64,000 bases of DNA from Octopus sinensis (Eukaryota), in contig NC_043000.1 in the NCBI RefSeq assembly GCF_006345805.1, positions 101,680,001-101,744,000 on the forward strand, given 5' to 3'. The notes under the pieces were generated by a model that saw only the letters and a program-made list of their open reading frames with translations, was not told the DNA's origin and made no database searches. The position numbers were made by a program, and so were the translations under genes. Shown in pieces: positions 1 to 13,545 of the stretch (the first letter of the stretch is position 1; each line of letters begins with the position of its first letter).

Positions 1-329
1 TCTTCACTTCTCTTAATTATTGATTAATCAATGCAATAAATACATAGAAATAATGAGGTAAAAACAAGAATAAGAACAGTAATATAAAATAAAAAAGAAT
101 GAAATAAAATAGTTTTATGCCAGTCCTAAGAAGGAATACCAATGATTCCATCATGAAAAAAAAACAGATGTGTGATGTAAAATCATCGCTATAAAATTTT
201 GTAACTACGCACCTAACATCACTAATGCTTTGTACTTTCTGTTCATTACTGCATAATTCATTAGGACATATATATGTGTGCGTGTGTGTAGGTATATAGA
301 GAGCTAGACAGATATCTATAGATATACAT

Positions 330-427
330 ACATACATAGACATATATACAATTATGTGTATAAATGCATGTAAGCATGTATATGTATGTTATATCCGCAC
401 ACATATACTTACACACATATATGCATG

Positions 428-459
<32 letters not shown>

Positions 460-549
460 ATATATATATATTTATATATTTATATACACATACATGCATA
501 CACACACACATGTACACACATATACATACTACATACATACATACATACA

Positions 550-581
<32 letters not shown>

Positions 582-682
582 CATATGTATGCATGCATAG
601 ATATATTGGTTAACAAGCCAAAACTTCAAAGTCATTGCCAGTAATATTCTTGTTTATATATATATATACACATACACACATA
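330..682. repeat. Compound (TA)n/(CA)n/(TACA)n microsatellite block
   Basis: Directly visible simple repeats; source of the spurious YI/HT-rich ORFs. Confidence 0.9.
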
Positions 683-1699
683 CTTCAGTATGAGGCAGGC
701 AAATGGTAGAGCTTTTACATCATCAGAGAAATCTCTTGCAATTTTTCTGGCTCATTTGTAGTTTATTCCACACTAAAAACATGCCCAGGCACCTTGACAC
801 AATGTGATCTTTGTAGACAAGAGTCTCATTCATGGGGTGTTATTTGCTTCCAATTCTCTATGTAATCATATCAAGGTAGTTTGTTGTTTGATGGACTAGG
901 AAATTTTTAGTGTACTTGGGAAATAAGTGGGGGTTGTCACCAGGAAGGGCATCTAGACATAGAAAACTGCATCAGTGTACTCCTGTCTCAGTCATGCAAA
1001 CATGGAAAAGTAAAACGAATTATTAAAGATGTGTTAAAAAATATTCTTCATCGTCTTCTTTTTATTGGATTATTTATTTTTTGCCAACCCATTTTATGGT
1101 ATAATCATTGTGAAACTTGGCTTTTCTATACCTGAGGAATTCCTGCTTTGGCCTGGAACCCAGTAGTATTGATAGTCCAATAGTGCTTCTCTGGAAATAC
1201 CCTGACTTCACTACTTGATCTTAGATGATATATATATTTTGTAGAATAAGAAGTATAAATAGAAAGTCCTTGGTACAGTATTATATATTTGAAAAAATGG
1301 ATGAAAATGTCTTTTGTGATAATTTTTCCACTTTTATAATTAGACATGCATAATTTATTAGGTGCTTAGGAACATCTAATTATTAGAGTGGAAAAATCAT
1401 TGGAAAAGCTGTTTGTATTCATTTTGTCAAACATCTACTATAATAATACTCTTGTTGTTTTTCTCCGTCACAACATATGAATAAGAAAGGAAGGGGTGAA
1501 AAAATCCAACAGCATTTCAACTCTGTGTGAGTATATGTGTGTATATGTAAAAGGGAGGTGTGTGTGTGTGTGTGTGTGTGTGCAATAGAAGTAGGATGGT
1601 GAGCATTCAAAGCTGGAAAGAAAAATCAAAGTGTTTCAACTCTGTATGAGTATATGTGTGCATGTGTACAAGGGAAATATGTGAATGCTTGTATGTGTG

Positions 1700-1869
1700 A
1701 ACCAGCACTCTTTCAGTAGCTAACGATGATTGATGTCACATCTCAAAAGGCAACCGCTAGATAACATTGACAAGTGTATTAATTTGATTTACCATCCATA
1801 TATATCCATATAAAATACATAAAATACTACAATTAGCCATCATTTTAGACAGCACGGGGCCAGCTAGTA
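1700..1869 (+). mobile_element. Possible non-autonomous Helitron-like 3' end
   Basis: Ends in gcacggggccagCTAGt next to (TA)n; CTAG 3' terminus with a GC-rich subterminal tract resembles Helitron ends. No 5' end identified. Confidence 0.3.
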
Positions 1870-4199
1870 TATATATATACACACACACACACATATATAT
1901 ATATTTACATACATAGACTCATGCACTCACACAAGTGCATACATATGATAATTTGTTCTTTGATGTTATGAATAAACTGTTACACCAAGTTCATACACCA
2001 CTTCCTTAAGTTTGTATGTGAATTAGGCCTTTTTCTTTTCATTTATCCTGGAAAGTCGTTTTTTTACTTTATCTTATTTTATTTATTTATTTATTTATCT
2101 ATCTATCTATTTATTTATTTATTTATTGCTAAACCCATTATCTGAAGAAAGAGTTGAGTGTGCTTTTCAGTGACTGTAAATCTTTTGCTCCAACTCAACA
2201 TGTAGATTTTGATGCCTCATAGCAATTTTAATATCTGTAACTCTTCTTTACTTTTAGTTTCTTGCTTTCTGTTGACTTTAAAATCAGTTATACAACTGGA
2301 AAGACAATGGTGATAAACTATAAACTATCATTCCTTCCAGAAAATAGAGGGGAAAAGTTTTCTTTCTGCTTGAACATGATGAAAACAGTCAGTAAATAGC
2401 AACATAAGAGGTTCTGATGGGGGTCGCTAGAAATATTTAATTTGGTTTCCTTGTTGAAAATATTTAGTGACAATAATTCATAAATTTAGAAAGCCATTTT
2501 AGTCTTTTATTGGTTCCATTCTGAGAACCTGCCTTCAAGGTTGAAAGAAAAAAATTTTTTCCTCCACAGGAAGCAATATTTATTTTTGTGCTAGTTAAAT
2601 TAAAATTATTACAAAATTCACATGCGAATATTTACTTCCCAATCTGAAGGAAGCCTCTTGCTGCATATGTTGCTGCATATGTAGGTGTGCATGAGTGTAT
2701 AGATGCTCATCAACCACCCATCTAAGTGCATGTGTGTGATTGCCATTTTACAGTGTTAAATCTTATATTACCGTTTTCTTTTACAATCAATAACTTCTAC
2801 GTAAATAGGGCTCTATTCTCAGAATCCTATCTGTACTCTAAGCAATATCCTTAACTTAAATACAGTTATCAATTGAATACTCCAAATTTGATGTTAATTT
2901 CAGGATTTTCCTGTCATAAATCTGGTCCTTAACATTGACATTTTTACATAGACCTGTCATATTATTCTTTCAGATTTCATACTACCATATCTTTAATTTG
3001 ATTTCAGAATTTCTTGAAATAAAAATATATAAACACAACTAAAAGCTAAAAGACATCTGCATGATATCGAGATAAATTTTATTTCATATTTTCCAAATAA
3101 AAATATCAAATTCAATATTGTTGTTCTTCTCATATACTGACAAATGTTTTAGGAAGATATTTCTGTCTGTTTTCCTCATGTTATTTTCATTCTTTTTCCT
3201 TTCTGTCTTTCTCTCTCTTTATAAACTGATTAATCACAAGCAAACTTTCAAATAATTTTCTTATTTTTATATATGCTTTGTACCTGTGTGCATATATGTG
3301 TGATATCACAACACATGCATGTGTATTAACACATCAGTTTGTTATAGTATGTATGTGTGTATTACCATATACATGTATCATAACATACATGAGTATTATA
3401 ATGCAATACATTTGTGTGAAAATTATATTTGCTAGCTAAGAAAAATGAGATGTTAAACAGTAAAGAAAGGAAAAGTGATAACACACACACACACACATAT
3501 ACACATACACACACTGAGACACAGACACAGACAGACACAGACACACACACACACACTCACACACACACACACACTCACCACACACACACACACACACACA
3601 CTAATGCATTCTTTCTCCATATATTCTAAATACGTAATGTGATTCATTATCCATATGTTGTGAGATCAAATCTTGCTATGGTATATAATTATTCCCATAA
3701 GCATTATTAATCTCTTCATTTAGCTCTCAAAACCTAGCAGGAATTTATAACTTACACTATAGCAATTTTTGTGACTGGCTTGCTGGAAAATACGATAATT
3801 AGGCAAATAAACATACCACGCTCTAAGATTTTAGGAAAATGCTTTGAGCTATACCAATGCTGTTGTTGTTGTTGTTGTTGTGTAGCAGCCCCCCCCCCTG
3901 AACATATCAATGTGGAATGTTAAAACGAATGATACTGCATCAAAAAGATTATGAAACAACTGTAATCATATGAAAGAAATACCTCCTCAATTATATGATT
4001 GTTCCTTAATCCTCATGAAAATATTTACTGCTTGTATACCCTGGATTTTAATTTGCATGGACATGTTATCTTACATCATAATTTAATTATGCTGTGAACT
4101 GATAGCTGATTCCTAGCAGAAGTGCTTATTATGAGACCTTCTTGATTCTCTGAATCCAATTCTCTACCTTATATGCATATGCACACACACTTTTTTATT

Positions 4200-4445
4200 T
4201 TATTTTATTTTTGTCATTCATTGGAGCGCAGTTATGCTCGAGCAGTTCCTTGAAGACTTTAACCAAACAAATCACCCCAGTACTTACTGCTTTTAAAGTG
4301 CTTACTCGATCGGTCCCTTTTGTCAAACTGCTAAGTTACAGGGATGTAAAAACACATGTCCACTGTGTCACATAGTGGGATTGAACCCAGAATTATATGT
4401 ATGGGAAGCAAACTTCTAAACCACAAAGCCACAACTGCACCTATA
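4200..4445 (-). mobile_element. SINE family B, internally deleted copy
   Basis: Reverse-complement similarity to head and tail of the full copy at 19762-20340. Confidence 0.65.
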
Positions 4446-4617
4446 ATTCGTGTGTGTGTGTGTATATATATATATACATTTGTATATGAATGTCTACTTA
4501 TGTATATGTATGTATGTATGTATACGATATTATTCATTAAAACTGTCTGACGAACAAGAATAGGGAACTCAGAGTAACAGTTCTATGAATATTTTACAAC
4601 TTTTATAATAAAGCATA

Positions 4618-4865
4618 GTGGAGGCATGTGGCTTAGGGGTTAGGGTGTTGAACTCATGATCATAAGGTTGTAGTTTCGATTCCTGGACCAGGCAATGCGT
4701 TGTGTTCTTGAGCAAAACACTTCATTTTCACGTTGCTCCTGTCCACTCAGCTGGCAAAAATGAGTAATCCTGCGATGGACCGGCGTCCCGTCCAGGTGGG
4801 TAATTTCTATGCCACTGAAACCAGGAAACCAGCCCTTATGAGCCTGGCATAGCTTGAGAAGGAAC
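4618..4865 (+). mobile_element. tRNA-derived SINE family D with target-site duplication
   Basis: A-box-like gtggcttaggggtt, B-box-like gtttcgattcc, core gcgatggaccggcgtcccgtccagg; perfect 13-bp TSD ataataaagcata (4605-4617 / 4866-4878). Confidence 0.85.
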
Positions 4866-5860
4866 ATAATAAAGCATATTACTCTACCCTTGGTATTTGA
4901 GTACTATTTTTTCTACATTGTTTGCACTTAAGTGACTACTTATGTGTATGTATATATAAAATATATATTGATGTGTATCTGCTTCCTGCCTATTTCTTGG
5001 ACTGAACCATTATATCAACACTCCACCTGGATTACCATTGGAACTTTATACTTCTTGGAATCTACCATCATGGATTTTACTGTACACGATTGTGAGCTGA
5101 ATATCCTAACCACACACCTTCACAGCATATGTATAAAAATAGGATAAAACATTGGAATTTGTCACATTTCTGTCTTTTATGTATTATTTGTTCCACTCAT
5201 TAGATTGCAACCATGCTGGAGCACTGCCTTGAAGGGTTTTACTTGAATAAGTCAACCCCAGTACTTATTGTTTTTTTAAAAATCTGTTACTTATTCTATT
5301 GGTCACTTTTGACAAACTGCTAAGTCACAAGGTTGTAAAGAAATCAACACCAGTTTTCGAGTGTGAGGGAACAAATAAAACCACTCATCTACAGAATTTA
5401 AGCCCAAGTGTAACAATTTTTTTTTGTCTTTCTCTTTGGTCAGTAAATGTTATTTCCTATTTGCTTCTATCTAGAAATCAAAGGAAATGACTACTGTTCC
5501 CTTCCCTTCAAACTTTGTTTTTGTGGCCTAGACATCAATGTTTTGAAACTGACCTATTTTTCATTCAATTTCAAACTGATTCAATGCTGAGTTGTTGAAG
5601 CAGAAATATCGTTATAGCAAATATTCTGCTCATATCACAGATTTGCTTGTCAGTTGCTTGACCTTAACCACTTGAATATGTCCCTCAGTGGCATGCAATT
5701 TGTGCATCTGTAATTATGATCAGTAGTGGGGGAGCATCATAGTCATATGTTAAGAGGAATTCTCTGGGGTTTGAATTAGTGTACCAAAAGCAAAGTTTAA
5801 AGGAAATATAAGCCATTTTTTCATACTTTCAAGGGGTAAGCAAATAGAAATTAACAGTTG

Positions 5861-6282
5861 ATAAGGCAGTGAGCTGGCAGAAACATTAGCATGCCAGGCA
5901 AAATGCCTAGCGGTATTTCGTCTGCCGCTACGTTCTGAGTTCAAATTCTGCTGAGATCGACTTTGCCTTTCATCCTTTCAGGGTCAATTAAATAAGTACC
6001 AGGTACACACTGGGGTCGATATAATCGACTTAATCCGTTTGTCTGTCCTTGTTTGTCCCCTCTCTGTTTAGCCCCTTGTAGGTAGTAAAGAAATAGGCAT
6101 TTTGTCTGCCGTTACATTCTGAGTTCAAATTTCCGCCGAGGTCAACTTTGCCTTTCATCCTTTCGGGGTCGATAAATTAAGTATCAGTTATGCACTGGGG
6201 TCGATGCAATCGACTTAATCCCTTTGTCTGCCCTTGTTTGTCCCCTTTATGTTTAGCCCCTTGTGTGTAATAAAGAAATAAA
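5861..6282 (+). mobile_element. tRNA-derived SINE family A (Meta-domain-like core), body duplicated in tandem
   Basis: tggcagaaacattagc / gagttcaaattc Pol III boxes; core gtcgactttgcctttcatcctttcggggtcgataaattaagtaccag; body occurs twice (~5913-6095, ~6096-6280); TSD-like taacagttg on both sides. Confidence 0.85.
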
Positions 6283-6718
6283 AAAATAACAGTTGCTACC
6301 CAAGAAAAAATTGTTTTACACAGTGTAATAGAAAACGCTTTGTCCAAGGTGTTTTGCACAGTGAGATTGAACCCAAAATCACATGGTTCTAAAGTAAGAT
6401 TCTTAACCACATGGCCACAACTTATTGAAATTTAGCACACAATTTAAAAAACCCACTTTTGCTGAAGTTAATAGATATATATCCATGAATCCTATAATCA
6501 TCATTATAAGTAAAGTCTGATATACAGATGTAGGAAGAATATCTTGTATATCTATTGCTATTAGTTTATATATGTCCTCAAGTAGAATATCTAACAGAAC
6601 CTGTAATTCTATGTTTCTTTATTTAAATAAAATGGAAGAACAAAATAAAATTCCAGATCTTTAACATCAACCTTGCACTATTTAGTAACATACTTTATTT
6701 TGTTTTTCCTATTTCCAG

Positions 6719-6841
6719 GCTAGCATACTCAATATTAGTTGGTGGTGTTCTGAATTTCAAAGTCGAACATTTTCAAATGGTGAATGGATATTCAAATTTG
6801 TACTGGGGCTGGGGAGCAGAAGACGATGACATGGCTTACAG
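6719..6841 (+). CDS. Internal exon of a GT7-family beta-1,4-galactosyltransferase / beta-1,4-N-acetylgalactosaminyltransferase (B4GALT/bre-4-like)
   Basis: Polypyrimidine tract + tttccag acceptor, ag|gtaaga donor, 123 bp, phase 2/2. Translates [40 protein letters not shown](R), matching the GT7 signature GGV...NG(F/Y).N.YWGWG.EDDD...R. Confidence 0.95.
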
Positions 6842-6901
6842 GTAAGAAGACTTTTTAAAAATCTTTTTTTTTTGTTTCTTCTTTGATATGCTTTTTGCCT
6901 T

Positions 6902-7316
<415 letters not shown>

Positions 7317-7489
7317 CAGTAAAAAAAAAAACTGCTTTCTTCAGTATATTTGGCTGATACCAAATTCCCCTCATGTCAAGCTGTATATTCCATGTCCTCA
7401 CCTTCCATCTCTACCAACTTCTTTTTTACAGTTACAATTCTCATATATATCTATATAATACTTAATCTGTAATACCTGGTGACTATCTG

Positions 7490-7817
7490 TACTTGATAAG
7501 ATGAGTCAAGCTAAGTAAAATCGCTGGCTTCAACACATACAGGCTTGTTCTTTCAGATACTGATGCCGCTTAAAAAGCACCCATACCAGTGCAGCATTGA
7601 TGCACCCATGCCGATGTTGCATAAATGCACCTATGCCGGTGGCACATGAAAGGCACCAAGCACGCTCTGTTATATAGTTGGCATTAGGAAGGATATCCAG
7701 CTGTAGGAACCATGCCTCAACAGACAACTGGAGTCTGGACAGTTCCTTGCTAACCAGCTCCATGTCAAACTGTCCAACACATGCCAGCATGGAAAGCGGA
7801 TGTTAAACGATGATGAT
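7490..7817 (+). mobile_element. Retroposon family C, (GAT)n-tailed
   Basis: Core ttggcattaggaagg.catccagctgtag...ccaac.catgccagcatggaaagcgga.gttaaacgatgatgat recurring many times in the window. Confidence 0.8.
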
Positions 7818-7904
7818 ATTTGTAATACCTGATTGCTGATGTCGCTATATCATTATCACATATAGTAACTCATACCTGATGCTTGGTCTTCAAAGAGAAC
7901 TTAT

Positions 7905-8092
7905 ACATGATGGTTCAATTTACTAGAGATAGCAACCATATCACTTGATTCACACAACGCCATCTTAAAAAAGGAAGTACACATTGGATAATGTAGTCTT
8001 AGATAGCCCTAAAATGCCTGTGCATGATAGTCACTGCAAGATTGCCCTTGAGGAAAAATGTACATGATCGAGATTGACTTTGGCCTAAAAAC
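7905..8092 (+). mobile_element. Dispersed repeat family E (ctagaaatagcagccaaatctc core, AAC-type tail), decayed
   Basis: Similar blocks at ~13555-13790, 13825-14020, 16795-16970, 19185-19375, 26310-26470, 32780-33010, 38280-38470, 62735-62860. Confidence 0.6.
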
Positions 8093-9439
8093 TGCCATTA
8101 AAGAAGAGAGAAAAAGAGAGAGAACTTGAATGAATTTATTAGATATGGGTGCATGGTTAAACGGTTAAAAGTGTTCTCTTTGGAATTTCTAATACCTCCA
8201 TAAAACACTAGTTACTACTACTCATGCCTCCTTTATATGGAAATGTAGGAGATATAATTGATCAAAAGAGACTAATTAAATCTCTCTTCCTTGAGATTCC
8301 AAATAAATTTAGCTAATGAAGAGTTAAGTAATTTTCTTTTTAAAATAATGTTTGTGATTATTCCATTATAATTTAGATTCTGTGGTACCTATACAACATT
8401 GTACTTTATCAGGTTTTTGAACAGAATTTTTATATATTAAATATGTTTGGAGGTACAGATTACTTAAAGATCACTTATATTGATCCTTACTATCACATGG
8501 ATCATATAAGCTGCTAAAACATTATTAATTGTGGCAGTATTAATTCTATCTATATTGAATAGAGGCCTATTATTAATAAAGGCACGATAGTTACATCTAT
8601 CTCTCAGATAATTAGCATCATGTATGCTATTGTTAATACTAATTGGTTTGCTGCAGCTGATAGTAGCTATATTCTCAGCTAGATTAAATATGGTGGATTA
8701 TGCTTTTTCACAGTATTCCTATTAAATATTTTGTTATACTTACTTGGAAGGGAGTAAGTGCCTCTTCAACATGGGGAAGAAAATTCCAAAACCATCAGAG
8801 GCTACTTGTAATCCAAAAGAAGCAAGGAGGGGTTAAACTATGGAATATTTTGCTTACATAATCTGTTTTCTTCCTATTATTGTTGTGGTGGGTGATATAT
8901 CTAACTTTAGAATTAACTGTTTTACTGTCTTAAAAGGTGTAGTGATTATTATCATTATAATATTTGGCATAATTATATTTAGTCTTACCATATTTAATAA
9001 ATAGAGTTATGCTTTCCAAGTTTGTAAGGTTTGAATTAGGGTTTTTGAGGGAAGTCTGTGAAAATTTGGGACTATTTTCATTATTAACATGAGATATTTT
9101 TTGCTGTGATTATTTCCCTATTATTTTTCCTTATAATTTTTCAACAACCGAAGTGAGAGCTCGGCACATTTTTAACCTGTGATTAATATTATTGCAATTT
9201 TTATGCCCTTTTGTTATTACCATCAATGAGAAATGCTGCATTGCTTTGTTTATATTCTTGAGAATAAGGCCTACTATACCAGGAATACATTACTTTTACT
9301 GAATATTCAGTTTGTATACAACATTTTTGGATAAACTGGATGATTTTTTCCTCTCTCTATACATTTTACTAACTGGGACTTCACATAGGGTGCTGACTGA
9401 AAATATCATCTGGATTTTCCCCTTCTCTTATTTTATATA

Positions 9440-9654
9440 TCTTTTATCTTTTACTTGTTTCCATTATTAGACTGCGTGGTACCACCTTGAAGAAATTTTA
9501 GTCAACTGTATCAACCCCAGCTTATTTTCTTTAAGGCAAGGTACTTGATCTTTTTTGCTGAACTGCTAAGTTATGAGGGTGTAAACACACCATCACCAGT
9601 TGTCAAGCAGTGGTGGAGGAAGAAACACAGACACAAAGATACACACACATCAAT

Positions 9655-9685
<31 letters not shown>

Positions 9686-9856
9686 TGTCTTCAATGGACT
9701 TGTTTCAGTTTCCATCTACCAAAATACACCCACAAGGCTTTGGTTAGCCCAAGGCTATAGTGGAAGACACTTGCCTAAAGGTGCCACACATTGAGACTGA
9801 ACCCCGAACCATGTGGTTGAGAAGCAAGCATTATTCCACACAGTCATGCCTGCCCT
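9440..9856 (-). mobile_element. SINE family B
   Basis: Near full-length reverse-complement match to 19762-20340, including the internal (CA)n. Confidence 0.85.
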
Positions 9857-10137
9857 TATAGCCACAGTGTGTATGCACATGTGTATGCAATTTGTAACAA
9901 GACACATAAGCATTGGCAAGTAAGTTGCTAATTTCGCACTTTTGAAGAAAAATCCTCTGTGATATTTGTTCCTCCCATTGTTAATTCAGCAAAAACGTGA
10001 TAAGTCTGTTGTAAATATGCAACCAATGATGCCTTTGTACACAAAATGTGACATAAAATCAAAGCAAATTCCAATCGCTCATAGGCTGACAACATACTCA
10101 CAAACACTTCAACCTACACATACAAACATGTGCACGT

Positions 10138-10171
<34 letters not shown>

Positions 10172-10992
10172 GCTCTATCTCTCTTAAGAAAAATGTCTCT
10201 GTAAACTAACTGATTTCTCACAATAGTGTTTTAATTACCATATTCCATCTGTTTCCTTTATTGATTTTGAAACATAGTAAATCTATTGTCCAACTTCTCT
10301 GCTCCTTCTTCTTACCAGTCTTAACAGCTCATGCACAATAGACACTCACACACATACAAACACTCGTGCACAGGCACCTATGCAGACATACTGATGCATG
10401 TGCATATATACATACAGACATTTAGGTCAGCAGGTTTCTTTTTTCTTTTTTTTTTTCTTTTAGTTTTTAGCTTGATCCTTAAATAACATCTCAACCTTTA
10501 AACAGACCTACAGACAAAGTTCGATTGGTGCTGGCAGATTGGTTATCTAGCCATAAGCTTTTTGACCCACGCCATTTTATTGAAGATATTGGTTGATAAA
10601 GCTGGGATTGGAGAAAAGAGAATGTTTACACAAGTTCCTGAAATGTCAAAGTACCAACGGACGCAAGACAAACCAACTGTTAGAAAATGAATATTATTAT
10701 TGCCATTGAAGCAGATACGGATAGTGATGGGGATTTAATGTTTCATATTAAAGATTTTGTGATTTTTTTTTTTTTCTCTTTGTCATATTCTTTTCTGCTT
10801 TGACTGAATTATTGCTGAAGATATAATACTTTTGTTGTTATTATTGTTGCTATTGCTGTCATCATTGTTGTTTTTGTTTTTGTTGTTGTTGTTGTTGTTG
10901 TGTAGTCTTAGTCAACCCTGATCAAAGACACCTATGCTTAAAGCCATTCCAACAAGCAACAACTCGTGTTTTTGTTTAGTCATAATATAATG

Positions 10993-11235
10993 GTTCCTTC
11001 GTCAGTCAGAGTGGTCTGGTGGGCTGAAACACAGACCTGGGAACAAAAGAACAAACCAGGTTCAAATCCTGTTGGAGACAGGATTTTGGAAAGCAGCAGG
11101 AAGACACTTAGGAGTCATGACCTGGGTGGGCCTAGCTCCCATATAGTGTCAGGTCTAAGGGCTGAAATACTTGTCAGATAGGATTTCTTCCTCTGAAGAT
11201 CTATCCTGTTGTGTGCTCAGAGTTTCTGTTATATA
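10993..11235 (+). mobile_element. Probable tRNA-derived SINE (family F, single copy here)
   Basis: gtggtctggtggg A-box-like and ggttcaaatcc B-box; GC-richer island interrupting a family E repeat. Confidence 0.5.
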
Positions 11236-11401
11236 TTCCAGACTTCTTTATCTGACATCCTTCTTATTTTTATATTTTCTGAAGAGTTGAAGAGTATAGT
11301 CAAAGGAAAATTTGATTGCTTTTTCTAGCAGGGCAAGTTATAATACAAAGATTTTTTGTTAGCTCATATTGTATTGTTGTTTGGCCAACCTGTATACACA
11401 T

Positions 11402-11438
<37 letters not shown>

Positions 11439-11668
11439 AATAATGAGAAATATTTCACAGATGGAGATTAATATATTTCTCCTGCACTACACGGAGTACC
11501 ACAAACATAACAATCCTATACATTTAACTTGGTAAGTTGGGAATAATATACAGAAACTAGCAACAAGTAGCATAGGGACTTTTATGAGAACACTGGTAGC
11601 TGTTTGCCATATACCAAATACAAAGATCATCATCAGCATATTCATCATTTAACATCTGTTTTCCATGC

Positions 11669-11711
<43 letters not shown>

Positions 11712-11859
11712 TGTGTGTGTGTTTATGAATTTGTGATCCAGAATACTTGATGTGAAGACATGTGTTGAAACAGATATTGTTATATTTCAGCATGGATCCC
11801 TTTTTTTTTTGCCAATTGAACATATGTGCTATATATTCATTCTTCACTTGTTTATTACT

Positions 11860-12210
11860 GTTCTGGTGGCATGTAAAAGGCACCCTTCAAATGTCTGGCC
11901 TCACAGAGGCAGTGACAAGTGACCAAGAGCTTTAGCAATATATTATGCTTGGGACCTGTCAAACTAAGTGAGATCATAGTTGCAGTCAATGCCAATGTTG
12001 TGTAACTGGCACCCATGCTGGTGGCATGTGAAAAGGACCCACTACACTCTTGGAGTGGTTGACATTAGGAAGGGCATCCAGCCATAGAAACCATACCAAA
12101 TCAGATTAGAACCTGGTACAGCCCCCCAGCTTACCAGTTTTTCAGGGAAACTGTCCAACCTATGCCAGCATGGGAAATGGACATTAAATGATGATGATGA
12201 TGATGATGAT
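11860..12210 (+). mobile_element. Retroposon family C
   Basis: Family C core and (GAT)n tail. Confidence 0.8.
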
Positions 12211-12544
12211 AATGTGTGTGTGTGCATATGCATGCATGCACACAATTTAAATAACTTTGTCAGAGACCAGTTTTAAATTCAAATGTGGGTAAGATATTCT
12301 TCATTTTTGGTATGGAGGATTCTTCATTGGCTTCTTGGTTGATGTTGTTGTTGTTGAAAATCATAGAAAAAAAATTCAGGAAAGCAAGTCACAGAAAAAT
12401 GTAAAACCCCACTAAATGAGAAAACCTGTAATCAAAAACATTCCAGTTGTAACCATCATTTTTTTACTCTGAAGTAAGAAACTATAGCCACATAGACTGC
12501 TGAGTGATTTGAGGTGGATTTTGGCTGCTATTTATAATCATAAT

Positions 12545-13150
12545 TTTTTTTTTCTATGATTTTTTTCTGTTTTTTCCTGTGAAATTTTGTTTGTTTTTCC
12601 ACTCTTTCCCTTAGCCTTTTTACCTGTATCTCTCCTGGGATTTTTCTGTGACTTTTGTATGTAACGTCTTTCCTACACCATTCTTCTTGTTATAGTTCTC
12701 CAACTTACCCCATGATTTTTTCCATGACATTTTTCCCCTCTGACTATCTATGGCTTTTTTTTTTCTGTTTTTCCCATGCTTTTTTACATATGTCTATCTT
12801 TCCTGGCATTTTTTTGGCGGGGTGGGGGTTCCTTTCCTATGACTTGTTCACACAGCCTTTTCTTCTCTGTGGCAATTTCTTCCTGTGATTTCTTCCCCGT
12901 CACTTTTTCCCTGTCATTTCTGTTCCTTCATTTTTCCATGAAATTTTCTTTTCTGTGACGTTTTTTCCAATGACTTTATTTGTGATTTTTTACCTATGGT
13001 ATTTTTCTCTAACTTTTTTTCTCTGTGATATTTTCCCTGTTATTTATTTCCTATGATTTATTCTTCTGTGACTTTCATTCCTCTGATATTTTTCTTGTGA
13101 TATTTTCCCTATGACTTATTTTGTGACTTTTTCTGTGACTCTTTTTTATT
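12545..13150. repeat. Degenerate pyrimidine-rich minisatellite (~12-15-bp unit, approx. TTTTTCCTGTGA)
   Basis: Recurrent tttttc(c)t(g/a)tga(c/t) words across ~600 bp. Confidence 0.7.
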
Positions 13151-13324
13151 TTCTTGCTGGTTTCAGTTTTCTGTCATTGTTGCTGTGTTTGTAGTTTCAT
13201 TTATTACTACATATGTTGTTGCTGTGTAGGGTGAAATGCAAGAAATCATAATGTGTGTGTGTGTGTGTGTGTGTGTGTCTGTGTGTGTGGTGTGGTGTTG
13301 GTGGTTATATTAATCTTGTTATTA

Positions 13325-13545
13325 AACCAGCAAGTTGGCAGAATCATTAGCATGCCGGGCAAAATGCTTACCAGAATTTTGTCCGTTGTCACATTCTGAG
13401 TTCAAATTCTGCAGAGGTTGACTTTGCTTTTCATTCTTTCGGGGTCAGTGAGATAACTATCAGCTGAACACTGGGGTTCAGTGTAGTTGACTTGGACCCT
13501 TCCCTGAAATCGCTAGCCTTGAGCCAAAACTTGAAGCCAATATTA
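13325..13545 (+). mobile_element. SINE family A
   Basis: Head boxes and family A core. Confidence 0.8.

Noticed and set aside
10539-10603. miR-9-like TTGGTTATCTAGC and miR-79-like ATAAAGCT words
   Set aside because: Seed region of miR-9 not matched, arms pair poorly and spacing is too long for a pre-miRNA.
10506-10690. Open frame after a polypyrimidine tract as possible last GT7 exon
   Set aside because: Lacks the DGL.(S/N)L and Y..I.V features of the GT7 C-terminus.
11461-11531. Pseudo-exon ttcacag|...|gtaagt on plus strand
   Set aside because: Stop codon in the phase needed to continue the GT7 exon; other frames unrecognisable.
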